Assembly: GCA_041666545.1 (NCBI GenBank)
Contig: JBAYGS010000001.1
Location: 89,942-153,941 of the forward strand
Length of the DNA stretch: 64,000 nt
Origin: Minisyncoccota bacterium
GTDB lineage: Bacteria > Patescibacteriota > Minisyncoccia > Phycocordibacterales > JBAYGS01
Reading direction: 5' to 3'
A program made the translations under genes and the position numbers. Positions 1-9,250 of this stretch are shown here, piece after piece (the first letter of the stretch is position 1; every line of letters begins with the position of its first letter). The notes below the pieces were generated by a model. It worked only from the letters and a program-made list of their open reading frames with translations. It did no database searches and had not been told where the DNA came from.

Positions 1-357
1 GCTGATGACAAGGCGATAGGAGGACTTCGTACCCTTTTTGTCCGGCAGATAGCGGCCGCGAGTTTCCACACGAACGCCGCCCTTGTCACCGGATGCCCAA
101 GAAACCACTCGATGATTGAGAGCATCGCGACCTTCGGGTATGGTAATCCGATATGACCATCGGTGGCCGATATCGGTCGGGAAGTAATCCCATGGTTGGC
201 CGAGAGGATGTTCGCCGGCCATTTCGGCCGAGACTGCGACCGCTCTTGCGGTTGCGCCTCCGGGTCTGGGGTTGCTGGTTTGTTGCGGATTATCGCAACC
301 GAGAAACAAGACTGTACACGCCGTCAGGAGCAGGGTAATCTGAACACGACTTTTCAT
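1..357 (-). CDS. Putative lipoprotein, runs off window start (not in ORF track)
   Basis: Manual translation MKSRVQITLLLTACTVLFLGCDNPQ...WDYFPTDIGHRWSYRI, open to position 1; lipobox-like FLGC; GAGAGGA upstream. Confidence 0.7.
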   Translation of the reverse strand, partial: MKSRVQITLLLTACTVLFLGCDNPQQTSNPRPGGATARAVAVSAEMAGEHPLGQPWDYFPTDIGHRWSYRITIPEGRDALNHRVVSWASGDKGGVRVETRGRYLPDKKGTKSSYRLVIS

Positions 358-452
358 GGGGTCCTCTCTTGCTGTTGATGGTTGACGAAGAAACTATCCG
401 CTCGAATTCTAGGATAAGAAAATCTGAGTGTCAACGGTTTGTAAAATTTAAA

Positions 453-482
453 GGCCCCTTTGCTCGTGCGAGCAAAGGGGCC
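453..482 (-). terminator. Hairpin terminator downstream of pyrB
   Basis: GGCCCCTTTGCTCG-TG-CGAGCAAAGGGGCC inverted repeat, followed by TTT on the minus strand. Confidence 0.6.
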
Positions 483-498
483 AAGTGTCGTTTTGGCA

Positions 499-1431
499 CT
501 AAGCCAGAATATTCTGAAGCAGGGCCATCCGGACAAACATGCCGTTTTGGGCTTGGTGAAAATAGCGGGCTTGCGGATGTTCATCCACTTCCCTGGCAAT
601 TTCGCCAACGATGGGTAGGGGGTGAAGCAAGATCGCCTTTGAACGGAGCAGGGCCATTGTTTCGAGAGTAATCCGATGAGGCAGATTGGCCGTGGCGTCA
701 CCAACGCGTTCTTTTTGGAAGCGGGTCCAGTAAACCACATCGGCCTCCGGGAATGACTCCTCAAGATCGGTATCCAAACGGAATTCAATCTGTTTTTCCT
801 TAAGGTGGGCCTGGATGTCTTCGCCGATGGTGAGCTCCGGAGTGGAGACAAAAATCAACTTGATATTAAACTTCGACAACAGATAGGCGAGAGATCGAGC
901 AGTTCGCCCGTGCGCCAAATCTCCACCAATCACAACCGTGAGACCGTCGATGTGATCAAATTGCTCATGAATGGTACAGAGGTCGAGGAGCGCCTGGGTG
1001 GGGTGCTGGCCAGTGCCATCACCGGCGTTCACGATTGGAATGTTGAAGCCACAACTGTCACTCACGGCGGCCGCGCGATCGGCCGCGCCGGTGTCACTGT
1101 GACGAATGACAATCACGGAAGGGTAGAATCCGCATAGTACGCGGATGGTGTGCTCAAGAGTTTCACCCTTCACTTCCGAAGAAAATTCCCGACCGCTTTC
1201 GGTGCCGAGAGTTCTCATGCCCAAGTTGAGCGCGGCCATTTGGAAAGAAATGCGAGTTCGAGTCGAAGGTTCGGAAAAATGGTAGAGCAGAGTTTTGCTT
1301 GGAAAAGAGGCCCGCAGGAGGTCGACCCCCTGCTGAGTTTGGAAATGATGACGAATTGTCTGGGTCTGAAGGAACAACTTTTCAAGGGCACTGCGATCAA
1401 ACTGCTGGGCGCGGAGAATGTGATGCTTCAT
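499..1431 (-). CDS. pyrB: Aspartate carbamoyltransferase catalytic subunit
   Basis: EPSTRTR carbamoyl-phosphate motif, NAGDG..QHPTQ, GDL..GRT..SL and HPLP. Confidence 0.93.
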   Translation of the reverse strand: MKHHILRAQQFDRSALEKLFLQTQTIRHHFQTQQGVDLLRASFPSKTLLYHFSEPSTRTRISFQMAALNLGMRTLGTESGREFSSEVKGETLEHTIRVLCGFYPSVIVIRHSDTGAADRAAAVSDSCGFNIPIVNAGDGTGQHPTQALLDLCTIHEQFDHIDGLTVVIGGDLAHGRTARSLAYLLSKFNIKLIFVSTPELTIGEDIQAHLKEKQIEFRLDTDLEESFPEADVVYWTRFQKERVGDATANLPHRITLETMALLRSKAILLHPLPIVGEIAREVDEHPQARYFHQAQNGMFVRMALLQNILA

Positions 1432-1466
1432 TTCAATCCTCTTGTTAAGGTTCGGGGTCCACTTCC

Positions 1467-1537
1467 ATAGTAGCGAGAATCAGCGCCCTGTCAAACGCCG
1501 CCGCGGCGTTTGACAGGGCGCGAAAAACGCGTAAAGT
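1467..1537. promoter_or_regulatory. Back-to-back divergent sigma70-type promoters built on one inverted repeat
   Basis: IR at 1483-1521 puts TTGACA on both strands; plus TTGACA(1510)-16-TAAAGT, minus TTGACA(1494)-16-TACTAT. Confidence 0.6.
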
Positions 1538-1544
1538 TATCTAA

Positions 1545-2426
1545 ATGAAGAACCTAATTAAAGTTTTATTTTTACTGGTCGTAACAGCACTCCTGGCCAC
1601 GGGCTCCGATTTGGCCAGAGCCGAAAATTTACCCGTCACTATTTCGATTGATGCGGCTGGCAGCATTAAGCTTGGCGGGGTCAAAGTTGTTCAGGTGGCC
1701 GGTACAACTTTTTATGCTCGCACCACCTGGGGCAATTCATTCATCCGCTACATCATAAAGACCGATTCTGACACGGTTTTCACTCGCCATTTTGGCGGAC
1801 CGGCCGTAGTCGGCGAAGTCGTGGCCGATCATTTTCTAAACCTGGAGGGTTACCTCGACGCCTCGTCTGACACGATTTCAATTAAAGCCAAGACAATTCA
1901 GAATTTGTCACTGAATGACGAGAAATCAGCTTTTTCCGGTAAGGTCAAAAGTTTGAATCTGGCCAACTCGCAATTTACCCTAACTGACAAAACCAAGGGT
2001 GACATCACGGTCGCGCTTGGTTCCGACACTTCAATAATTCGAAATGGTCGAGTCATCGACCGCAGTATTTTGAAAGTTGGGGATACAATTACCAAAGCTG
2101 ACGGTACCTACGATATTCCGAAAAAAATTCTGACCGCTAAAAATTTGGAAGTCTACCTAAACAGGAGTATGTTTTGGCCAAAAAATTTTCAAGGCGTTTT
2201 GAGGCGTCTGGATTCAACCACTTTACCGACCCAGGCAACAATCGCCATCGCCGGCACCGATTATACGGTAAAATTGCCGACTGATATTTTGATTCTGGAC
2301 AACAAGAAAAACAAAACGAAGTTGGGGCGATATTTGGAAGGGGACACGGTCCGCGTTTACGGCGCCATCCAAGAAGACGATTTTTCACTAATTATTGCAG
2401 AGGTAATTCGAAATATTGATCTCTAG
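1545..2426 (+). CDS. Secreted beta-rich protein with repeated OB-like (DUF5666-like) domains
   Basis: Signal peptide ending ARA; repeated 'G.V..L......F.L' and 'L..GD.V.V.G' units. Confidence 0.65.
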   Translation: MKNLIKVLFLLVVTALLATGSDLARAENLPVTISIDAAGSIKLGGVKVVQVAGTTFYARTTWGNSFIRYIIKTDSDTVFTRHFGGPAVVGEVVADHFLNLEGYLDASSDTISIKAKTIQNLSLNDEKSAFSGKVKSLNLANSQFTLTDKTKGDITVALGSDTSIIRNGRVIDRSILKVGDTITKADGTYDIPKKILTAKNLEVYLNRSMFWPKNFQGVLRRLDSTTLPTQATIAIAGTDYTVKLPTDILILDNKKNKTKLGRYLEGDTVRVYGAIQEDDFSLIIAEVIRNIDL

Positions 2427-2622
2427 AGCTTTCCGGTGCTAAAAGATTTTTGGTCCAGCTCGACCCTAATTATTGGCTTAAAATCGGGGCGGTTTCACTG
2501 ATGGCCCGAAAACCGGCTATTCTATTGACATTTTTGGACAATTAGTATATACAAAGTACAGAATGCTGAGCATCAATTTGCTTGGTTAGGAGACCTTTAA
2601 CAACAAAAAGAAAGGCTAGTAT

Positions 2623-3843
2623 ATGCACGTTTCAATTGCAACTGCACCAGGTTCGGCCCATATCAACCCGGGCCAACCCGGTAAGATCAATAACCAGGAT
2701 GTGGTTTTGCGAATCGACCGACCGGATGGTCTGGTCGCCGTCCTCTGTGACGGTTGCGGTTCGCAGCCAAATTCTGCGACCGGCGCCGATATCGGTGCCA
2801 AACTGGTCGCGAAGGCGCTTACAAGTCAGCTCGACCGAGGGGTCGTGCCGGACAAGCTCGACTGGGAGCAAGTAGAATCGGAAGTCTGTGAGCAAATCGC
2901 GGCAATTGCGAAGACGATGACCCGAGGAGATCAGAGGGCCGATTTCGAGAAAACAATCGAATCGACCTTTCTCTTCACGATTATCGCTCTCGTGATTGCT
3001 GGTGATGCGGTTGCAGTGGCTCATTTGGGCGACGGGGTTTTGATTGTTGAAGATGACGCGACCATTTTGGATCCGCCTATCAAGAACAGTCCGCCCTATC
3101 TGGCCTACAATCTGCTCACTAAGACCGCCTATCACGATCCGAATCTGGTGAAGCATCTAAGCTTCACCGTCTTTGTCGCCTTCGACCTCAAGAAACTTGA
3201 AAAGGGTTTGGTTGTGGCGACTGATGGTTTCAAGCCACTTGTCGGCGAGGATTTCCATCATCCGTCTTTAGTTCAGAAGACCAACCTGCAACGCTGGCTC
3301 AACATCCACACAGCCGAGCGAATCGAATCGGGCACGTTTGTTCCCGGGCAGTGTCGCGATGATGTCAGTCTGGTGATTGCCCGCTCTGATGAGGCTCAGA
3401 ATAAGCTTCTGGCTGCGCGTCATGAGATGGTGGTTCTCAAAGGCCAGATCACGAAACTGACTGGCAAGGTTGATGATCTGACCGCCAAGCTCGCTACGAC
3501 CACTGCCGAGGCGAAGGCGTTCGAAGAAGAATGCACAAGCCTCGAAGCTGAAGTCAAAAGGCTAAAAAGGGAGCTCGGCAAGCTTGAAGCTCTGTCGGAA
3601 ATGGCACCGAAACTTTTGGCTAAGGCCAAGGAGTTTGATGGTGTCACCGGACGAGGACAACTTCGGCGTCTCGCCACAGAACTGGTTGAACTGACCAGGG
3701 TCAAGAAGGTGACAGTGAGGCCTCCGGGCTTCCTGGGCACAATCGGTAGCCTACTTTCCGGCAAACCGGCTTCGTCAACCAAAATCGTTGTTGAAGACGA
3801 TGGTGGTGATCCCGGCGGTACGTTTATTACGACCTGTGGCTAG
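2623..3843 (+). CDS. PP2C-family protein phosphatase (YegK/PphC-like) with C-terminal coiled coil
   Basis: GSAH..NNQD, LCDGCGS, HLGDG, ATDG and RDDVS metal-binding motifs. Confidence 0.85.
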   Translation: MHVSIATAPGSAHINPGQPGKINNQDVVLRIDRPDGLVAVLCDGCGSQPNSATGADIGAKLVAKALTSQLDRGVVPDKLDWEQVESEVCEQIAAIAKTMTRGDQRADFEKTIESTFLFTIIALVIAGDAVAVAHLGDGVLIVEDDATILDPPIKNSPPYLAYNLLTKTAYHDPNLVKHLSFTVFVAFDLKKLEKGLVVATDGFKPLVGEDFHHPSLVQKTNLQRWLNIHTAERIESGTFVPGQCRDDVSLVIARSDEAQNKLLAARHEMVVLKGQITKLTGKVDDLTAKLATTTAEAKAFEEECTSLEAEVKRLKRELGKLEALSEMAPKLLAKAKEFDGVTGRGQLRRLATELVELTRVKKVTVRPPGFLGTIGSLLSGKPASSTKIVVEDDGGDPGGTFITTCG

Positions 3844-3893
3844 ATCGGAACCAAAATCAAAAAAGGGCTCGCTAAAAGGGCCGGAAAGGAAAA

Positions 3894-4940
3894 ATGTTCC
3901 GCATCAAAGTGCGTGATTGGAAACAACGGAATTTCAAGCAGATTGGTGAGGGTGGCGAAGCCGTCATCTACAAAATGAGAGAAGACTTGGTTGCCAAAAT
4001 CTTCCGTCAGCCGGACGATTTGGAATTCAAGGAAGACGCTGCCTCAAGAGAGGCCGCGAAAGTCAGGCTGGATGAAATGCAAACTAAGCTCCTGGAATTC
4101 CCAACGGATCTGCCGGAGGCTCTGATTGCCCCGACTGCTGTCCTTGTTGATGGTCGCGACGAAGTCTTTGGTTATGTGATGCCGTTTGTCAAAGGCACCT
4201 CACTGGATGCCGAGACCCGAACCGACAGTAAACTTAGCCTGAGAGAGCGGTACAAAGTAATCACCGAACTTCACGACCTAATCTCTGGCCTTCATGCCAA
4301 AGATGTCGTGGTCGGAGATCTAGGCGAGAATAACCTCTTGCTCCGCGAGCAGGATTTGGCGCTTCGGATGATCGATGCTGATAGTCTCCAATTTGGACCC
4401 TATCAATGCCGGACATTTGTGCCCCGTTTCGTCGACCCGAAGATTTTGGGTATCGGCGGAAACGTGGGGCTAGAAATTCCGACGAAACTTGCAAAAGCCA
4501 AAAAGACTCGTTCGACCGGTCGGAAATCTTCGACCCAAACTACCCGAAAGCGGAAAACCAAAAAAGCTGAGAAGCTTATCCCTGAGGTGTCGGCAGTCAA
4601 CAAGGCTGTCTATTCTTTGGTGGCGCCGCACTACAAGCTGGGTGACTGGTACTCCTATTTGGTGACAGTCATGAGGCTTCTTACTTTCACTGATCCGTAT
4701 GCCGGCGTTGTTGCCGGAATGGATCTTAGTGAGAGATTGGCCAACCGCGTCACCGTCTTTGATCCACGGGTAATTTATCCGGAAAACGCCAGGTCCCTGA
4801 AAGAGGTTCCGAGGCCGATTCTTGAGATATTTTTCCAGGTGTTTCATCGTGGTGAGCGGTTTGTACCAGAGAAGGCAGTGTTCGAGTCCCTGTTGGGTAA
4901 GTCATCAGTGTCTGAAAACAAAAAACAAGCCAAGCTTTAG
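3894..4940 (+). CDS. Ser/Thr protein kinase (YegI-like)
   Basis: IGEGGEAVIY Gly loop, VAKIF, VVGDLGENNLL catalytic loop, IDADS. Confidence 0.85.
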   Translation: MFRIKVRDWKQRNFKQIGEGGEAVIYKMREDLVAKIFRQPDDLEFKEDAASREAAKVRLDEMQTKLLEFPTDLPEALIAPTAVLVDGRDEVFGYVMPFVKGTSLDAETRTDSKLSLRERYKVITELHDLISGLHAKDVVVGDLGENNLLLREQDLALRMIDADSLQFGPYQCRTFVPRFVDPKILGIGGNVGLEIPTKLAKAKKTRSTGRKSSTQTTRKRKTKKAEKLIPEVSAVNKAVYSLVAPHYKLGDWYSYLVTVMRLLTFTDPYAGVVAGMDLSERLANRVTVFDPRVIYPENARSLKEVPRPILEIFFQVFHRGERFVPEKAVFESLLGKSSVSENKKQAKL

Positions 4941-4966
4941 AGCCTGGCCAACGAGAAAGGAAAAAA

Positions 4967-5740
4967 ATGGCAAATGCTCCAATTCTACGAGGTCAAGGTG
5001 GCCGGAATCCAAAACCAGTCGATGAGATTGATCTGGATTCGTTTCTGGGTGGTGCGACCCCTGGCAATCAAGATAGCGATTCGGATGTGAGCGAGGGCGA
5101 AAATGAACCGACCCCGCCGCGACGCCAAACTTTGGCGCCGCCAACCTCCGACCGCTTGGTTGTCGTCGGGATTCTTCTCGACGACTCTGGGTCGATGAAG
5201 GACGGCAACATCTACAAGTCAGCAATTGATGGTATTCACGTCGGAGTGGAGGCCTTCAGGGGTGCGAGAGGTAGCGACTTCTATCTCATTGTTGAAGGAT
5301 TCAATCAGCTCTACTTCGAAGGTCTGATTGGTGAAGTCACCAAGGACTCATTCAATGCGTATGTACCTAATCACGGTTGTACGCCCCTCGTTGGAACTGC
5401 CATCAGCCTGGTGAAGAAAATGCAACAAGTGGCTGAAGGCTATGCCGCCATGGGAATCTCGGCTAGCACGGCAATGCTTCTCATTACTGACGGCCTGCCC
5501 GATGACCAACCGGCAGACTTCAGGGCGTATGTCGAAAAGGTGGGATATGTCGTTGGGATGGGTTGTGCTCTCCGCATCAACTCCGATCGCCTCGACGAAG
5601 GGGCGGTCAGGGCGTACCATGCCTGCTTTACCGGAATGGGTATCAAGACGATTGTGACACCTGGCGCCGAGCCTCCGGAGATCCGTCATGAAATCAACCA
5701 GTTCAGCCGAAGCGTGGCGGCGATTGCCGGCAACGCCTGA
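4967..5740 (+). CDS. vWA-domain protein (TerY/YegL-like)
   Basis: MIDAS DDSGSM, G.TPL, LITDG. Confidence 0.8.
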   Translation: MANAPILRGQGGRNPKPVDEIDLDSFLGGATPGNQDSDSDVSEGENEPTPPRRQTLAPPTSDRLVVVGILLDDSGSMKDGNIYKSAIDGIHVGVEAFRGARGSDFYLIVEGFNQLYFEGLIGEVTKDSFNAYVPNHGCTPLVGTAISLVKKMQQVAEGYAAMGISASTAMLLITDGLPDDQPADFRAYVEKVGYVVGMGCALRINSDRLDEGAVRAYHACFTGMGIKTIVTPGAEPPEIRHEINQFSRSVAAIAGNA

Positions 5741-5772
5741 AATCGGTTCTCAGTTCTTTTGTTGGATAAGCC

Positions 5773-5800
5773 AGGCCCGATCCTTTGGATCGGGCCTTTT
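5773..5800 (+). terminator. Intrinsic terminator after the PP2C-kinase-vWA operon
   Basis: AGGCCCGATCC-TTT-GGATCGGGCCT followed by T run. Confidence 0.75.
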
Positions 5801-5977
5801 ATATTTCTTAATATATCTTCAATCTCCGATTTTTTAGCCACAATCCCCACCTGCACTAATTCCTGCGATAGCGGGAATTAGTGCAGTCGTAAGTACCCGT
5901 CTAATGCCGAGTTTCGATTTCTCGAGCAATCGGTTATACTGTAGGCATAGTAAATAAACTAACTAAAAATTAAAAAT

Positions 5978-6526
5978 ATGTTTGATTTCACCAAAATTAA
6001 AAAGCAAATCGCCGAAGTTGAAGCTTGGCTTACTAAAGAATTCTCCGGCATCAGAACCAATCGCGCGACCCCGGCCTTTCTTGATGGCATCAAAGTCGAT
6101 TCCTACGGCTCATTGATGTCCATAAATCAGATTGCTGCGATTTCGGTCGAAGATGCCCGAAGCTTGCGCATTGCCCCTTGGGATCATTCACAAGGGAAGA
6201 CAATTGAGAAAGCAATTACTGCTGCCAATCTGGGAGTTTCGGTCTCGGCCGACGATAAGGGTGTGCGCGTGACTTTTCCGGAACTTTCGGCAGAGAGGCG
6301 AGAACAAATTATTAAATTAGCCAAGGCTAAACTGGAGGATGCCCGCAAATCCTTGCGCGCTAACCGCGACGAAGTTGTTCGCGAACTGCAAGGTAAGGAA
6401 AAGGAAGGGGGTCTCGGCAAAGATGACATTTTCCGTCTCAAAGGTGATGTACAAAAGTTGGTTGATGCCGGAAATAAAAAACTGGAAGAGATGCTCGGTA
6501 AAAAAGAGCAAGAAATTAGCTCGTAG
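5978..6526 (+). CDS. frr: Ribosome recycling factor
   Basis: IRTNRATP, VDSYG, P.LS.ERRE motifs. Confidence 0.95.
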   Translation: MFDFTKIKKQIAEVEAWLTKEFSGIRTNRATPAFLDGIKVDSYGSLMSINQIAAISVEDARSLRIAPWDHSQGKTIEKAITAANLGVSVSADDKGVRVTFPELSAERREQIIKLAKAKLEDARKSLRANRDEVVRELQGKEKEGGLGKDDIFRLKGDVQKLVDAGNKKLEEMLGKKEQEISS

Positions 6527-6672
6527 CGAGCAATAACCAATAACCAAGAGACGATAACCAAGTCCGAACGCGTAGTCATCAATTGGAATTTTGATTCATT
6601 GAATATTGTTTGGAGCTTGTTTCTTGATTATTGGTTATTTTGCAAAAACTTTGATTTAGTTTTTCACCTCTT

Positions 6673-7764
6673 ATGTCCATAATCATTTTTCTAATAATTC
6701 TCGCCGTGCTAATTTTTGTCCATGAATTAGGGCATTTTTTGATTGCCAAAAAATCCGGTATTAGAGTGGACGAATTTGCTATCGGCTTTCCGCCGAAAAT
6801 TTTCGCCTGGCAAAGAGGTGAAACTAAGTACACCATCAATCTGATACCCTTCGGCGGTTTCGTAAAAATTTTCGGCGAAAACCCTGACGATGAATCAATT
6901 TCCGGCCCCGACTCCGCCCGAAGTTTTGTAAATAAGAACCGTGGCATTCAGGCGGGGGTTCTGATTGCCGGCATCCTCTTCAACTTACTTTTTGCCTGGA
7001 TTTTAATTTCCGGCAGTTTAAGCTTAGGTCTTAACACTTCCGTTTCCGGTTATGAAAAATACTCGCCGGACGCCAAGGTTTTGGTTGTCTCAGTTCTGCC
7101 GAATTCGCCAGCCTTCAGAGCCGGTCTTCAGGCGGGGGATAAAATCGAAAATCTTTCAATTGGCGCTAATCAATTATCCAAACTTACGGTTGCCGACACT
7201 CAAAATTTCATTTTCAATTCCAACGGGACACCCATCAAAATCGCGGCAACTCGAGGGATGGAGAAGCTTGACCTAACAGTTTTACCGGAGGCGGGGATTG
7301 TGCCAGACAAAATGGCTATCGGGGTTTCTCTCGATCTGGTTGGCACCCTGCGACTGCCAATTCACCGGGCAATTTATGAAGGTGCCAAAATTACTGCGAG
7401 CCTGACAAAGGAAACAGCTATCGGCCTGGCTAAATTTGTCTATCAGATTTTTGCCGGCTCAGCTGATTTTTCTCAGGTAGCCGGGCCAGTAGGAATCGTC
7501 GGTTTAGTTGGTGGCGCCGCCAAGTCCGGCCTATCATACCTCTTAACCTTTACAGCTTTTATCTCTATTAACCTAGCCGTAATCAATCTGGTTCCTTTTC
7601 CAGCGCTCGATGGTGGTCGCTTACTTTTCGTCGCTATCGAAGCGATTCGCCGAAAAAATATTAATCCCAAAATTGCCAATATTGTAAACGGCATCGGTTT
7701 TGCCATTTTAATTCTCCTAATGATTTTGGTGACCTATCACGATATTGCCAAACTTGTCAGCTAG
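6673..7764 (+). CDS. rseP: Site-2 intramembrane metalloprotease with PDZ domain
   Basis: HELGH, NLVPFPALDGG, central PDZ. Confidence 0.93.
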   Translation: MSIIIFLIILAVLIFVHELGHFLIAKKSGIRVDEFAIGFPPKIFAWQRGETKYTINLIPFGGFVKIFGENPDDESISGPDSARSFVNKNRGIQAGVLIAGILFNLLFAWILISGSLSLGLNTSVSGYEKYSPDAKVLVVSVLPNSPAFRAGLQAGDKIENLSIGANQLSKLTVADTQNFIFNSNGTPIKIAATRGMEKLDLTVLPEAGIVPDKMAIGVSLDLVGTLRLPIHRAIYEGAKITASLTKETAIGLAKFVYQIFAGSADFSQVAGPVGIVGLVGGAAKSGLSYLLTFTAFISINLAVINLVPFPALDGGRLLFVAIEAIRRKNINPKIANIVNGIGFAILILLMILVTYHDIAKLVS

Positions 7765-7788
7765 AAAGTATAAGTGTAAAGTATAGGT

Positions 7789-8283
7789 ATGAATCCGAAT
7801 CCAGAAGAGATAAAATTCGATAAGAGTGCACAAGCCGAAAAGTTGTTGGCCGATTTGCGACTTTACAATGGCGTGCAAATGAAATTGATGAAGCGAATGC
7901 TAAAAGATCACCCAGGTGGCGCCAGCGCCAATTTTGAAATTTGGGTTGATTGTTGCTCTCCCGAATATCGCGAGGGTTTCTTCCAAATACTAAGGGACGA
8001 TCCAGATTTCCTTAAACGCTACCAGGAATCCGAGGGCGACGCCCTCTCGGCTGTTGAAGACAGGATCGGTATGCTACAAGAATTGGAGAAGCAATTAGCA
8101 ATCAAATTTGCCGGGGAGACTTCAGATAAGGCAATCTCGGATTGGCGCAAGAAAAATGCCAAGAGGCTGATGCAAATTCTGCACGAGAACCAGGAACTAG
8201 CCCTGCCTTTCGTCAATCATACTCATGATGATATTGAGGATGAGCAAGTCGCTCTGCAAAAAATCGAGGAATTGCTGAAGTAA
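7789..8283 (+). CDS. Hypothetical helical protein
   Basis: 164-aa ORF followed by a bidirectional terminator. Confidence 0.6.
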   Translation: MNPNPEEIKFDKSAQAEKLLADLRLYNGVQMKLMKRMLKDHPGGASANFEIWVDCCSPEYREGFFQILRDDPDFLKRYQESEGDALSAVEDRIGMLQELEKQLAIKFAGETSDKAISDWRKKNAKRLMQILHENQELALPFVNHTHDDIEDEQVALQKIEELLK

Positions 8284-8285
8284 TT

Positions 8286-8315
8286 AAAAAACCACCCGAT
8301 TTCGCGGGTGGTTTT
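8286..8315. terminator. Bidirectional terminator
   Basis: AAAAAACCACCCG-ATTTCG-CGGGTGGTTTT between convergent genes. Confidence 0.7.
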
Positions 8316-8342
8316 CGATTTCTCTTGCGTTCTCTTCACTCT

Positions 8343-9101
8343 TCACTTCGTGTCCGGGAATCGAAACCGGACACTGGTGAGCCGAATCGGCGCGCCGTCG
8401 AGGCGGGGCCGAAGATAGTTCATGACCAGCTCCTCGAACCGTTTCTGTTGCTCCTGCCGGAGCGGGTTCGTGAACTCGGCCATTTCTTTGCTGTGCTGAT
8501 CTTGGAAATCATACAACAGCATCGCCAAGTACTTTTTCACGATTTCGTCCTCGGACTTCGTTTCGAAGCCGTACTTTTCGCTGGCCGTCGCCGTGAAGCT
8601 CAAGAGACTTGCCATCTCTGCCAGCGTGCCACCATATGTGAACCTTGTTTCGTACAGGATACTCCGAACTTTTGGGTTCGAGGTTATCGGCACAACATTC
8701 ATTTCCGTCATGGCAGGGTGTGTGTTGTAACTGACCAATCGAAGTCCGTTATTGAGTATCGTCTCATACGAATCACGACTGATAGCCTCTTCGTGCTTGA
8801 ACACGCGATAGACCACAGCCCCACTACGGCTCACCAGTAAGGTGTGCGGGTTGATAAGGACGATCTGTCGCGCCACACCCGTGATATTTCCGTCATGAAA
8901 TGTTCCGACCACCACTCCTCCGAGGATAAGCGCGACAAGGGCCGCAACGGCTCCAAACTCCAATTGATCACCGAAATCGAACCTCTTCGGAAAGCGTCGG
9001 CAAATCAGGCCGACGCCAAAGCCGACGGCAGGGACCAACCCTAACCAGAGGAAGAGACAGAAGTGGGTAGTGCTACAGAGGATGGAAGTGAAGTCTGTCA
9101 T
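8343..9101 (-). CDS. Hypothetical membrane protein, paralogue of 9251-10018
   Basis: Two N-terminal TM segments; shared PIT.NPKV..I.Y and FQ.Q.SKE.A.F.NP...EQQ..FE; ATG at 9101 follows GAAAGGTGG. Confidence 0.7.
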   Translation of the reverse strand: MTDFTSILCSTTHFCLFLWLGLVPAVGFGVGLICRRFPKRFDFGDQLEFGAVAALVALILGGVVVGTFHDGNITGVARQIVLINPHTLLVSRSGAVVYRVFKHEEAISRDSYETILNNGLRLVSYNTHPAMTEMNVVPITSNPKVRSILYETRFTYGGTLAEMASLLSFTATASEKYGFETKSEDEIVKKYLAMLLYDFQDQHSKEMAEFTNPLRQEQQKRFEELVMNYLRPRLDGAPIRLTSVRFRFPDTK

Positions 9102-9250
9102 AAGGCCACCTTTCAATTTTTTGGTTTTTGATGTTTACCGTTTCTGCATCGGACTATACACCCAAAAGGGGATAAAGTCAAGCCCTGAAAAACCATTAAA
9201 AAGCCCACGTTTTGCACTGCAAAACGTGGGCAATTGATTCAAATAGGTCC

